64,000 nucleotides of DNA from a virus. Under the pieces are notes generated by a model, which did not search any database, had not been told where the DNA came from, and saw only the letters and a list, made by a program, of their open reading frames with translations. The translations under genes and the position numbers were made by a program. The number at the start of each line of letters is the position of its first letter. Position 1 is the first letter of the stretch. The stretch is from IMG/VR virus record IMGVR_UViG_3300032093_000013; one strand, written 5' to 3'. Shown in pieces: positions 10,176 through 20,519 of the stretch.

Positions 10176-10703
10176 TTATTCGGAAACTAATTGTACTACT
10201 TCTGTGATGGTCACATTTGTGGTGTTATCAAGAGCAAGAGCTGAAACTCTTACGCTTCTGGATAAAGTAGATCCAGTTGCAGTAATTACTCCAACAATTG
10301 ATGATGTATTTGCAGCAATAGTAACTGTTGAATCAGTTGTAGCAGTTACTAATCTATGAACTGTATTAATTCCTACAGGTTGGGCGTTTTCAATTGTTAC
10401 ATAATCACCAACCAAGAAAGGATTCCCTGCATTATTATCAAAAGTAATTACAGTTGATGCTCCTGTAGTAATTCCTACTATCTGCTGCTTTGCAAGTCTT
10501 TCCTTTAAAACTTCATTTCCAAAAGGAGAAATCAAGAAAGAATTAACAGTAGCTACAGGTTCTCCCCCAGTTTCTACATATACTGCTGTTGAAGCACAAG
10601 CAACACGAATATATCCGCTTTTGAGTGCAATTGGATTGCTAGTAGCGGCTACAGAAACTGTAGGGGAAATTCTATTTACATTTTGGACAATTTTTATTGC
10701 CAT
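10176..10703 (-). CDS. hypothetical virion protein
   Basis: 175-aa beta-rich ORF in the head operon. Confidence 0.75.
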   Translation of the reverse strand: MAIKIVQNVNRISPTVSVAATSNPIALKSGYIRVACASTAVYVETGGEPVATVNSFLISPFGNEVLKERLAKQQIVGITTGASTVITFDNNAGNPFLVGDYVTIENAQPVGINTVHRLVTATTDSTVTIAANTSSIVGVITATGSTLSRSVRVSALALDNTTNVTITEVVQLVSE

Positions 10704-10870
10704 TATTCGTTATCTCCAGTAGAATCATCTTCACCAAACATCACTGCAGCAATTTCTGGACGAGCAGCATCTACTCTATCAGCAGCTTTTGCATACAAAA
10801 ATTCTTTAATTCTGTCGGAAACATCTGCTGGAGCACCATCAGATGCAATCAAATCGATAAGTTCTTCCAT
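10703..10870 (-). CDS. small acidic prohead core protein (gp67-like position), 55 aa
   Basis: Manual translation MEELIDLIASDGAPADVSDRIKEFLYAKAADRVDAARPEIAAVMFGEDDSTGDNE; TAATG coupling; own late promoter. Confidence 0.75.
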   Translation of the reverse strand: MEELIDLIASDGAPADVSDRIKEFLYAKAADRVDAARPEIAAVMFGEDDSTGDNE

Positions 10871-10894
10871 AAATTTATTTTATTATTATAGGAC

Positions 10895-10902
10895 TATTTA
10901 TA
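10895..10902 (-). promoter_or_regulatory. T4 late promoter
   Basis: TATAAATA. Confidence 0.85.
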
Positions 10903-12598
10903 TTTTGCCACCTTTAGGTTCTTTTATCTCTACCTGCGACACATCTACTGTTGGTTCAATTGGCACCTCTCCTCCAGCACCTTGCTCAATTGCTTGTCCA
11001 GCACCTTCCTCACCTGCAGGGGGTAATGGATTTCCCATTTCATCTACTGGTGCATTTGGATCTGGGAGTATACCTTTTTCAATTTCATCATCAATTTGTA
11101 AATCAATATCGATAATTTCGGAGTCTGTTTGGCGAAGAATTTTCTTACGCACATACTCTGTTGAATAATATTTACCGATATAAGGTTCTACCGTAGTCAA
11201 AAGTGTCAAACGATTTGTGAGAAGTTCTGCTTCTTTCAATTCTGAAAAATGATTGTCGTAAAGGAAGTCATATTGAATATGATCTTCCATCTTTTCCCAA
11301 TCTTCGGGAGAAACTATATTCTTCAGAAGAAGTTGGGTACGAAGCATATCATTAAACATCTGAGCAAATCTTTTTCTCAGACGACCGACAAATTTAGAAA
11401 ACTTTAATTCATCTCTCAGAATCTCTGAAGAACGACCCATATTAAATCCTTCTCCACCCCCAGCAATTCTGGTTTCGGGTACATTCAAAGATCTATAAAG
11501 TTTCTTTTGGAAATATTCAATATCAGACAATTCTCCAAGATTTTGACCACCTGGAAGAGTAGTAATTTCCGTTCCTCTACCACCTTCACGACGAGGGAGC
11601 CAGAAATCTTCAAGCATACTCATAAATTTACGATCGTCACGGATTTCTCCAGTATTAGCATCGTAAACTAATTTATTTCTATAGCGAGACATAACCTCTT
11701 TGAGATATTGCTCTGCTTTTACCTTTGGAAGATTGCCAACATCAATATAAAAAATACGACGCTCTGGTGCTCTTGATAATCTGTAAATGACAAGAGAATC
11801 CTCAATCATTCGGAGTTGATTGAGTGCCTTAATTGCTTTATGTAGATATGAAAGAACTGTGCCTTTATTTCTATCAACCAATCCTGAGGTGCAATATGTA
11901 ATTGAATCTTTAGCGATTTTAAGAGAACCTTTAGAAGCGCCACTTAAATTACCCATCGGGTAACTTGGAGTTGAAGAGTAGATAAAGTATTCTTCCATTT
12001 CAGAATACATTGTATCTAAATTATTTGCCGAATTTCCATTATAATTTAATCTATCTACAATATCTGTGCCATTTTTTCCCTTCGTTCTCTTTTCTTGACG
12101 AACGTGCTTCATCTTCATTGGATCAATATATCTCAATTCTTGAATACCATCTTGAGGTTTTTTCATATCAATCACTTTTAGATAATAAAGTCTTCCATCA
12201 ACATACCAATTTCTAAAAATTTCATGAGATTTTCTATCAAAATCCATCATCTCTTTGATGGACTTAAACTCTTTTCTAATTATATCCTTTAACTTGTCGC
12301 TTGCGTTTAGATTTGTTAATTCAATCTCAACGGGAGAATCGTAAAGGTCGCTTACGATTGCTTCATTTACAATATCTTCAATGGCACTATCACACTCTGG
12401 ATGAAGTGCCATCTCACGATAACGGCGCATTAAATCAAATTCAGTTCTATAAACACCTTCAATGTCTACATATTGACCATAAAATCCAGATTGAATATAA
12501 TAATCAACCCCGTCCTCATCGGTTTGAGGTACGGGGGAAACTATTGATTTGGATTTTTTTTCATTATCCTCAATCGAAAAACCAAAAAGTTTCGCCAT
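10898..12598 (-). CDS. gp20: portal vertex protein
   Basis: IYRLSRAPERRIFYIDVGNLP, EDFWLPRREGGRGTEI. Confidence 0.99.
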   Translation of the reverse strand: MAKLFGFSIEDNEKKSKSIVSPVPQTDEDGVDYYIQSGFYGQYVDIEGVYRTEFDLMRRYREMALHPECDSAIEDIVNEAIVSDLYDSPVEIELTNLNASDKLKDIIRKEFKSIKEMMDFDRKSHEIFRNWYVDGRLYYLKVIDMKKPQDGIQELRYIDPMKMKHVRQEKRTKGKNGTDIVDRLNYNGNSANNLDTMYSEMEEYFIYSSTPSYPMGNLSGASKGSLKIAKDSITYCTSGLVDRNKGTVLSYLHKAIKALNQLRMIEDSLVIYRLSRAPERRIFYIDVGNLPKVKAEQYLKEVMSRYRNKLVYDANTGEIRDDRKFMSMLEDFWLPRREGGRGTEITTLPGGQNLGELSDIEYFQKKLYRSLNVPETRIAGGGEGFNMGRSSEILRDELKFSKFVGRLRKRFAQMFNDMLRTQLLLKNIVSPEDWEKMEDHIQYDFLYDNHFSELKEAELLTNRLTLLTTVEPYIGKYYSTEYVRKKILRQTDSEIIDIDLQIDDEIEKGILPDPNAPVDEMGNPLPPAGEEGAGQAIEQGAGGEVPIEPTVDVSQVEIKEPKGGKI

Positions 12599-12629
12599 TT
12601 TATAAGTTAAACGTTATATGATACTCTAT

Positions 12630-13220
12630 TTAGTTAATATCTTCACCGCCTGCTGCTGGCGAAGATCCTTTAATTGCTTCCCACCAATGTACTTGCATTT
12701 CAACAGTAAACTCTTGAATTGCTTCAGTCTCGTATGCCAAGTTAATTGCACTTACGCTAGTTGGGAATAAATCATAGAAGTGATAAGCTCTTAAGATGCT
12801 TCCATCACGATTAAGTTGATAAACAAATGCATCTGCTTGATAAAGTGCTGGATCTGTAGTGCCAGTTGCATCAGAAAGGCGATTCATGTAGTTGGTCCAC
12901 TTTTCAAATGCAGAGCGAATTGCAAAGTCAGTATCGTTAATAACAGTAATCGTCCAGCTTTCGAATGTGCGATCTCCAGCAAGTCTTAAAGTTCTTCCTC
13001 TGAATGCTACTTCAACAGGAGTAACATTTGATGCGGGAAGATTTGCTGCTTTGACAAGAAATCTACTCTTGTCTAGGGTATTTGAGTCAATACCAAGTGC
13101 TGCTGGGAAAGCAAGCTCAACTTCAAAGAGGTTACTTCTGGTGCCACCACCCGACAGCTTGCTCTTGAAGTCTGTAATTTTTCTTAATGGAATTGTGTTA
13201 AGTTGGGTTCTGGTTGCCAT
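12630..13220 (-). CDS. gp19: tail tube protein
   Basis: GGGTRSNLF, AGDRTFESWTITVIND. Confidence 0.96.
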   Translation of the reverse strand: MATRTQLNTIPLRKITDFKSKLSGGGTRSNLFEVELAFPAALGIDSNTLDKSRFLVKAANLPASNVTPVEVAFRGRTLRLAGDRTFESWTITVINDTDFAIRSAFEKWTNYMNRLSDATGTTDPALYQADAFVYQLNRDGSILRAYHFYDLFPTSVSAINLAYETEAIQEFTVEMQVHWWEAIKGSSPAAGGEDIN

Positions 13221-13239
13221 TTTGTGTTAAACCTCTAAA

Positions 13240-15417
13240 TTAAAAGTTTCCGATTACTTCTTCAAAATCAACACCAGTCTTGGTGGCAATAAAGTTGAGT
13301 CCAATGAAGTTGATGGACCTTGCTGGTTTGATGTAAATGTCTGCAATGAATTCATTATTATCTATCACAGCAGCAGTGTTATTTGTCTCATCGCAAATAA
13401 CAACATAATCAAAGATTCCTCTCTTGGCTTGGACATCGCGCAAGAATGGTTCGATTGTATTTACGAAGTTTGTTCTAGTGATTTCGTCATTGAATTCAAA
13501 GAGAGCATCCTTTGCTGCTTGAGAAATTGCATCCTCAAGATAAACAAACAAACGACGTACGTTGATTCTATCAAATGCAGATGCTTTAGCTAGACCCGTC
13601 TTGTCGCCAAAGAGAATGATTCCAGCTCCAGGTGAGAATATCACCGGATTGACTCTATTTGAGTAGAGTTTATCTCTTTGAACTTTTGATGGATTGTATG
13701 CAAGTTTAACTGCATTTAAGATTGCACCTCTGGAAGTTCCTGCAGGTGAATACCAAGCAAAGTTATTAATATCATTACGAGCACAAAGACCGGCAATATC
13801 TCCATTTAATGGCACATATCTAAAGGTATTTGCAAATCTATCATACATGTATTTGTATCCACTATCAAAGATTGCATAAGAAGAAGATGAAACCGGAGCA
13901 TAAAACTCAATTACGTTATCAGTAATATCGGCAGCAGATCTTACAGTTACTGCAGTTTGTACCGAAGTATCCGAGAGAGCAGCACCTCTGTATGGCGAAA
14001 TGAATGCAATTGCATCCTTTCTCAATTCTGCAACAGAAATCAGTTTATTGGCAAGTGCCTGTGCAGTTGAAATATCATATGCGGCAGATCCCATCAGAAG
14101 GAAATCTACTTTGAAGTTTTCTGTATTTTCGAATAAATCATATCCGTCAGACAACTCTCCAAGAGTCGCTGTCAGAGATCCTGCAGTATCAAGGTTTGCC
14201 ACACCACTGTAGTCTTTACCGCCAGTGAGGGTGTTTGTAGATGCTCCAGCAGCAGCAAAGGTAATTCCCTCTGCTTCTTGATCCCAAGCAACGTCCGATT
14301 CTAAATTGAAACCACTACTATATCCTGTGGTTACAATACCGGTTGGTGATCCTAGACCGAAGATATACTGCGAATTATTTGCAATATACTTTCTCCAGTA
14401 AGATGGATTGCCCACAGAAAACTCTGCATCAGATGCCTTCGACAAACTTAAATGCTTTTCAAGAATTGTTCCAGCATTTCCAGTTACAGTTCCAAAAGCA
14501 TCAATTACTACTACATGGACTTCATCAAATCTAGAATCTCTTGCTGCAGCATATGCAGAAGTTCCTGGTCTTGGAGCAATATTATTCCAAGAAATAGAAG
14601 AAGTACTTGTGAGACCTAAAGTTTGTTGATCAAACCAATCTAGTCTAGAAGTATATGAAGTTGATCCTGCTGCAACAGATTGACCAGTTGCATGAATTGC
14701 AACACTTCCAGTTGAAGAGAAGGCATAAACTCCAGAAGGTTGATAGTCAACTTGCGTTTCGGTACCTGCCGCAGAAACGTGTGAAAGTACTTTAACGTAT
14801 ATGCTGCTTCCAGAAATTTCGGTGATAATTCCTTTTAAGTGACCATCAAGTACTGAAGTTGTACCAGCACCAGGATTAATTCTACCTGCAACTGATTGGG
14901 TGACACCAAATCCAACTGCAATTGTAGTAATACCCGATGCTACTGATGTGTTAACACCAACTAAAATTTGATCTGCTTCAGAATCGATTATGGCGACTTT
15001 AATACCATTTGACCAAGATCCTGGATTTCTTGCTGCAACTACAACACCAGCAAGAGTATTTTCATCATATCCTAATGCATTATAATGATCTAAACTATCA
15101 ATTTTTACACTTGATGCAGTTCCAACAAATCCATTTCTTAAATCATTATCATTTGCTCTTACAACTCGGAGTGCTCCACCATATGCCAAATATGAAGAAG
15201 CAGACAACCAATGCTCATAATGTTTATCTGTTGAGTATGGCTCTCCAAAATTGTTGAGCAAATCATTTTCATTTTCAACTAAAGTTGGCGAGTCTACAGG
15301 TCCCTTCGCAAAAGGTGCTACGATTGCGCCAATCTTATTTGACGAAGGAGTAGCTCTTCCAAGAGTTAAATCAACTTCTCTAACTACAATTCCAGGAGAT
15401 GCTAAATTAAGCGGCAT
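13240..15417 (-). CDS. gp18: tail sheath protein
   Basis: SPGIVVREVDLT, SAFDRINVRRLF, IKPARSINFI. Confidence 0.98.
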   Translation of the reverse strand: MPLNLASPGIVVREVDLTLGRATPSSNKIGAIVAPFAKGPVDSPTLVENENDLLNNFGEPYSTDKHYEHWLSASSYLAYGGALRVVRANDNDLRNGFVGTASSVKIDSLDHYNALGYDENTLAGVVVAARNPGSWSNGIKVAIIDSEADQILVGVNTSVASGITTIAVGFGVTQSVAGRINPGAGTTSVLDGHLKGIITEISGSSIYVKVLSHVSAAGTETQVDYQPSGVYAFSSTGSVAIHATGQSVAAGSTSYTSRLDWFDQQTLGLTSTSSISWNNIAPRPGTSAYAAARDSRFDEVHVVVIDAFGTVTGNAGTILEKHLSLSKASDAEFSVGNPSYWRKYIANNSQYIFGLGSPTGIVTTGYSSGFNLESDVAWDQEAEGITFAAAGASTNTLTGGKDYSGVANLDTAGSLTATLGELSDGYDLFENTENFKVDFLLMGSAAYDISTAQALANKLISVAELRKDAIAFISPYRGAALSDTSVQTAVTVRSAADITDNVIEFYAPVSSSSYAIFDSGYKYMYDRFANTFRYVPLNGDIAGLCARNDINNFAWYSPAGTSRGAILNAVKLAYNPSKVQRDKLYSNRVNPVIFSPGAGIILFGDKTGLAKASAFDRINVRRLFVYLEDAISQAAKDALFEFNDEITRTNFVNTIEPFLRDVQAKRGIFDYVVICDETNNTAAVIDNNEFIADIYIKPARSINFIGLNFIATKTGVDFEEVIGNF

Positions 15418-15451
15418 CTTTATTCTCCGTGTTACCAGAATATTCTAAAAG

Positions 15452-15459
15452 TATTTATA
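15452..15459 (-). promoter_or_regulatory. T4 late promoter
   Basis: TATAAATA upstream of gp18. Confidence 0.85.
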
Positions 15460-15477
15460 AATTCCTGCTTCTTAAAG

Positions 15478-17172
15478 TCACCTATAATCCCACATATAAG
15501 ATCTGTCCCCATATTCATCCACATTCCAAATTTCCATAGACTCCATAGAATTATTATTTGCCGCAACTAACCATCTATCGCCTGTTTCTTTTTCTACAAA
15601 AATATCCATATCTTCTAATCCATCCGAAATAAACCCAAATGGGGACATATCTTGCTCAATTTGATTTTTTTGCTCTTCATAAATTCTTTTGCGAACGTCG
15701 TTGTCCGTCATTTCTTTGAAGTAGTCTTGAGCGACTAACCAAGAAAAAATAACCAAACACATCGCTAGGTCGTCATTACATCCCTCTTCAGCTTCAAATG
15801 AATTATGTTTCTGTGCAAATGTTGTGAGCTCAGATATGATTTCATAATCAACTGTAAGTAACTTGTCATCTTCTAATAATGTTTTTAAGTTAGAGCACCC
15901 AAGTTTTTTAACGGCAGCAGTCATTCTCACACCAAGTTGTGATTTTTTACCACTAAATCCTGATCCAACAATTTGACCGGCACGACCACGCATTGCACAC
16001 ATCAAAACATTATCATATTCTAGGTCAAAATGAAGAATACTCGCTACTTGGTCCCCAATATCATTAACTTCAATCAATAACCAAGCATCATTATAACCTT
16101 TTGCTACTTCGTAAATGATACTTGGAAAAAGCATAGGTTTAATTTCATTATTCCTATATTTTGCAACAACTTTATATGGAAACTCTGTAATGTCAAAGAC
16201 AATAAAAGCTGAGTAGTCGTTGCCAAGACCACGGGCAACGTCTACCGTAATCAAATAATTATTTTCTTCCTTTGGGTGTTGGTAAACATCTAATCCAGCA
16301 TTTCTTTTGATCGGATCTTCATATACAAAATTTCTCAACTTGGAGGGGTTAATCAGTGTATTGACTGATCCTAAGAATTCGCACTCAAACTCAACTTTGA
16401 ATTGTTGTTCTGAAGTGTTGGCAATTGTTTGTTCTTTCCAAACCTGATCTCTGCCGGGTACTTCTGACCAATGGACATCTGTAGGTACATATTCGTTTTT
16501 GCCACGTTCAGAGTCGTGCCACATACGGTAGAAGTGATTCATACCGCGTGGCGTTGATACAATAATTACCTTCGTGCTCTGTCCAGAAGAAATAGTAGGA
16601 TAAACAGAGGCAAAGAAGTCATCAGCAATGTGATTCGGGATGAAAGCGAACTCGTCAAGAAAGATGACATTATAGGATCCGCCTCGGACAGCAGATGAAG
16701 AAGTAGAGTTAGATGAAATCTTGGAGCCATTTTCTAATTCTAGACTACCTTTATTCCAGGATATAATACCCTGTTGCATCCACTTAGGCAAATTTTCATA
16801 AGCAAGTTGTAATCTTCCAAGTAGGTCTCTCGCAGTGGATGCTTTGTTTGCCAGAATAGCTATATTGACATTATCGTTGAATACGGCATAATGTAACAGA
16901 TATGAAACACAAGTTGTAGATTTACCTGTCTGACGGGGCATCTTACAAATATTAAATCTGTTTTCGTGGAAGTTTCTTACAAGTTTCTCTTGAAATGGAT
17001 ACATCTCAAAAGGAACAAGACCGTGATCCAGAGAAACGATTTTAATATAATTTTTTGCAAAATATACAGGATCTTCTTTACACTTTAAGAACTCAATAAT
17101 TTGTTCTTCTGTAAACTCAATTTGTGTATTTGCCTTCTTAAGGTTTGGGTTCCCCAAATAGACTTCACTCAT
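15478..17172 (-). CDS. gp17: terminase large subunit
   Basis: YLGNPNLK, PRQTGKST Walker A, FLDEFAF, DDLAMC nuclease motif. Confidence 0.99.
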   Translation of the reverse strand: MSEVYLGNPNLKKANTQIEFTEEQIIEFLKCKEDPVYFAKNYIKIVSLDHGLVPFEMYPFQEKLVRNFHENRFNICKMPRQTGKSTTCVSYLLHYAVFNDNVNIAILANKASTARDLLGRLQLAYENLPKWMQQGIISWNKGSLELENGSKISSNSTSSSAVRGGSYNVIFLDEFAFIPNHIADDFFASVYPTISSGQSTKVIIVSTPRGMNHFYRMWHDSERGKNEYVPTDVHWSEVPGRDQVWKEQTIANTSEQQFKVEFECEFLGSVNTLINPSKLRNFVYEDPIKRNAGLDVYQHPKEENNYLITVDVARGLGNDYSAFIVFDITEFPYKVVAKYRNNEIKPMLFPSIIYEVAKGYNDAWLLIEVNDIGDQVASILHFDLEYDNVLMCAMRGRAGQIVGSGFSGKKSQLGVRMTAAVKKLGCSNLKTLLEDDKLLTVDYEIISELTTFAQKHNSFEAEEGCNDDLAMCLVIFSWLVAQDYFKEMTDNDVRKRIYEEQKNQIEQDMSPFGFISDGLEDMDIFVEKETGDRWLVAANNNSMESMEIWNVDEYGDRSYMWDYR

Positions 17173-17178
17173 AATAAT

Positions 17179-18453
17179 TTACCTCTGTTCAATCCAGTTC
17201 AATACTGCAAGTGCTTTTTTGTTAGTATTAGGACTTGCACAAACAAGTGTATAAGTATCACTAATTGTTCCAATGCCACTTCTACCTAACTGAAGTGCTG
17301 CTTTAATATCAAGATCAACTAACGCACCACTACCATTAATTACAAAACCCTGCAAAAGAGGATTTCCACCAGATACTGCAGTTTGAGTGATATTATACTG
17401 CATAAAAGAGTTTGGATCTGGATGATTTACCCAAGTTCCTCCAGTCAGTGTTGCATTCTCAACAAGTTCCCAATAGATATTTGTATTATCATCAGTTGCT
17501 GCCTGTAATGATCTCAAAAGCATCACCGCACCTAAATTACTAGACTTTAGACGAAGACTTATAATTGGATAGAATGTGTTTGCGGATGGCATCGTTGTCC
17601 CTGTGATGGGATTTGATATGCTCAAAAGAGTTCCAAGTTTCTCTGGTTCTCCTTCCTGAATAAGAGAATTAGAACCTTGATAGATGTAATGAGTTCCTGC
17701 AATACCAGTTACATTTTCTATCTCAATTCTAATAGGCAAGAAAGGAGTGGAACACCAAACTCCTGGATTGGTATTTGAATTATCAAAAGTATGAGATGCA
17801 ACAGTCTCATTCTTCATTAACCAAGCAAATTGAATTATACCTGCACCATACCATTCATAATTGATGGAAATCATTTGTTGTTTTGTTGGGTCTGCAGTTA
17901 CTCCAGTCCACCCATTACCATCAAACTTTTCACCATTCCATTCATCTCTGAATACTCTGGTTTCTGTAACAATTCCAGTTACACTACTGCGAATTACATA
18001 AGAATATGTTCCGCCATTATCCTCAAAGAAAACACCATTATTGTCATCAAACAATCCAAATCTTCTGCGAATACCTACCTGTGGTGTATCAAGACGAATT
18101 GCAAATGCAAGAGTTGCACCTCTACCAGGAATGTATCTCATCACATTCTTGGTTTGACGAATTACTTTACTTCCTGCAGTAGATCCAACTTGCATAACAA
18201 CATTACTGGCATTTACATTAAATGTTGCAGTTCCAACTCCAACGATTCTCTCATCCCAAACATCAGTCTCTTTACCATACTGAAAGGTGTTAAAGAATAC
18301 TGTTTGGAACGGAGCAACTTTTAATCTGTTGTTATTGGAAAACTGAGGTCTCCAATCTGTCTGATTACCCCAGTGATCTGCAATATTAAAAACTTCAAAA
18401 AGTGTCCTTTCCTGATTTAGAAAGTCCTGCGTACTCTTATTCCACTGTGCCAT
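17179..18453 (-). CDS. hypothetical beta-rich (probable virion) protein, 424 aa
   Basis: Long ORF in the late operon between gp16 and gp17. Confidence 0.75.
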   Translation of the reverse strand: MAQWNKSTQDFLNQERTLFEVFNIADHWGNQTDWRPQFSNNNRLKVAPFQTVFFNTFQYGKETDVWDERIVGVGTATFNVNASNVVMQVGSTAGSKVIRQTKNVMRYIPGRGATLAFAIRLDTPQVGIRRRFGLFDDNNGVFFEDNGGTYSYVIRSSVTGIVTETRVFRDEWNGEKFDGNGWTGVTADPTKQQMISINYEWYGAGIIQFAWLMKNETVASHTFDNSNTNPGVWCSTPFLPIRIEIENVTGIAGTHYIYQGSNSLIQEGEPEKLGTLLSISNPITGTTMPSANTFYPIISLRLKSSNLGAVMLLRSLQAATDDNTNIYWELVENATLTGGTWVNHPDPNSFMQYNITQTAVSGGNPLLQGFVINGSGALVDLDIKAALQLGRSGIGTISDTYTLVCASPNTNKKALAVLNWIEQR

Positions 18454-18456
18454 AAA

Positions 18457-18765
18457 TCAATCACTCCAAGATAATCTTTCTGGTCTATATCGTTGTGCGT
18501 CTTTAATTTTTAAAGAATTTGATGTTGCTGGGTAAATATTATGAACTATTGCTCCGGGATATTCTCCCTGAAGTTGTTCAGCAAGTTCATTTTTATCTAT
18601 CATTTTACCTTCAACTTCCATACGATAAAGTCTTCCTTGCCAAACTACGTCAGCAAGAAAAGATTCATTTGCCGCCTCTGGTTGAGATGCATTCATGTAA
18701 AGATTTCCATTGAAATCTCCGGCAATGTTGATGCTCTCTGAAATAAACTGTTGAAATGATTTCAT
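18457..18765 (-). CDS. putative internal head protein with capsid-targeting sequence
   Basis: N-terminus MKSFQQFISE resembles the T4 internal-protein CTS MKTYQEFIAE. Confidence 0.7.
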   Translation of the reverse strand: MKSFQQFISESINIAGDFNGNLYMNASQPEAANESFLADVVWQGRLYRMEVEGKMIDKNELAEQLQGEYPGAIVHNIYPATSNSLKIKDAQRYRPERLSWSD

Positions 18766-18766
18766 T

Positions 18767-20506
18767 TTAATTACAGTTCCAACGACGAAGGGCTTTGTTA
18801 ATTCTTGAATCTGGGTCTCTTGCTGTTTCTGCTGATGTATTCTTTGCTTTGTGACCTTTCATCCTACTACAAAAGTTTTTACGACGACCTGCTCTTTTAC
18901 CTGTTGGATTCTTTTCAGTTACCGCAGTTTGGAGTTTTGATCCAGGATTCTCACGACGATAAGCATCTACTGCTTTTTGACTTAAACCATCAGTCTTATC
19001 TTTACGATTTACTGATTGCCAGTCTTCCATAAATTGAGAGAATGACTTGAGATGATACTCATCCGCAAGAGGGAGTTTTGGACCTTGCAACTTTCTTTCT
19101 GCTGCTGCTTTTTCACCAGAATTAGTATTTCCTGTGGCAAGATTTCTAATTTTTGCCATTTTTTGTGCTTGTCTATGACCTGCACCAATTTCAAAACTAA
19201 TCTGTTCTTTTTGCATCTCACCACTATCTACATAATCTGCTGCAGCATCAAGATAATCTGCCGCTTTAGTAATTTTTGATTGAACCCACGCTTCAATATT
19301 ACCTTCACCTTTCATTTTCTTACGAAGTCTTTTTGCAGCAGAAATAATTGTGGAAATTTCTGAGCGAGCCATTGAATACTCATGATCATATGACTCTGGA
19401 AAATTTCCAGGATGCACAGTAGCAATGCTATATTTCTTTTGATTTGGAGAGAGGGGTTCGGGTATGGAAAACATATCCCAATATTTTGGACCATATTTAC
19501 ATTCCGCTCTCGTTTCTGTTTTTTCACATTTGGGGCAGTATCTTCTCATTTCCATTTCCTCATTTGCCTTTACACAATTATTGTATGTTTTTCCAAACAT
19601 TTTCTTTGTGCCCTTCTTTTTATACCCAGGCCAACACTTTTGACCTTCATCAATAACAGTCTCTTCAGACTTTGTGCCCCAACTTGCAGCACCTACTTTG
19701 CGACATTTAACCAGTGCTCCAGATGCATATGCACTTGGCCAAACGTCATATCTCGACTTTACTTTATGGTAGCAGGCATCTTTTTTTCCACTACCCTTTC
19801 CTTTAATGTCTCTTTGAGCTTCGTTGATTTCCATCGTTTCGTTAAGTCCTGGTTCTGGTTTAATGTAATTTGGATCTTTTTTACCTTTGGCAAAAGTTTT
19901 AACCAACGTTGGCTTTGCACTACCACTTTTTGCCTGTTGCCCCGGATCTTCCTGTCTTTTTCTACGCACTGCTGCTTTAATAATTGCTTCTCCCTTTTTT
20001 CCTTTTGCTCTGAGAGAAGAGAGTCTTGCACTACTAAAACACTTTGGAGTTTTGGTTTCTCCGGGATCATTGGCACATGGAGAACCGTCTGCTTGCACCC
20101 AACCAGGTTTTCCTTCTTTTGATTTTGATCCCTTAAACCACTGGTGCAATGACCCACTTCGCTCTTCAGTAACATCCTTAAATTTTTTGTGTTCTTTTTT
20201 GGCGGATGCTTCCATTTTCTTGAGTCGAGTATAATAATCAGGAATTTCGTCTAGATGTTGAAGAGCAATTTCTTTAGCAAGAGTATGATTTTTAGTATGC
20301 TCATGCTCAATAGGTTCACCCATATCCAATTGCTTTTGGATGAAAGAAACCTCCATACGATGCTTCTTCGCAATTTGCTCAACAGTCTTAAATGGTTTCA
20401 ATTGCTCTTTCAATTTCTTTTTACGACCTTGACAATGAGCTCTTTGTGAAAACCCCTTTGGATTGTCGCAGTCAATAGATTTTTTATATTTATCTGACCA
20501 ACCCAT
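18767..20506 (-). CDS. modular Lys-rich putative internal head polyprotein, 579 aa
   Basis: About 9 short basic/Cys-paired modules separated by hydrophobic-x-Glu sites; internal LKSFSQFME. Confidence 0.7.
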   Translation of the reverse strand: MGWSDKYKKSIDCDNPKGFSQRAHCQGRKKKLKEQLKPFKTVEQIAKKHRMEVSFIQKQLDMGEPIEHEHTKNHTLAKEIALQHLDEIPDYYTRLKKMEASAKKEHKKFKDVTEERSGSLHQWFKGSKSKEGKPGWVQADGSPCANDPGETKTPKCFSSARLSSLRAKGKKGEAIIKAAVRRKRQEDPGQQAKSGSAKPTLVKTFAKGKKDPNYIKPEPGLNETMEINEAQRDIKGKGSGKKDACYHKVKSRYDVWPSAYASGALVKCRKVGAASWGTKSEETVIDEGQKCWPGYKKKGTKKMFGKTYNNCVKANEEMEMRRYCPKCEKTETRAECKYGPKYWDMFSIPEPLSPNQKKYSIATVHPGNFPESYDHEYSMARSEISTIISAAKRLRKKMKGEGNIEAWVQSKITKAADYLDAAADYVDSGEMQKEQISFEIGAGHRQAQKMAKIRNLATGNTNSGEKAAAERKLQGPKLPLADEYHLKSFSQFMEDWQSVNRKDKTDGLSQKAVDAYRRENPGSKLQTAVTEKNPTGKRAGRRKNFCSRMKGHKAKNTSAETARDPDSRINKALRRWNCN

Positions 20507-20519
20507 TAGGATAGTAAAA

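Noticed and set aside
6885-17172. Introns, inteins or homing endonucleases in gp23, gp20, gp18 or gp17
   Set aside because: The ORFs are continuous and of normal length, and no HNH, GIY-YIG or LAGLIDADG motifs were seen
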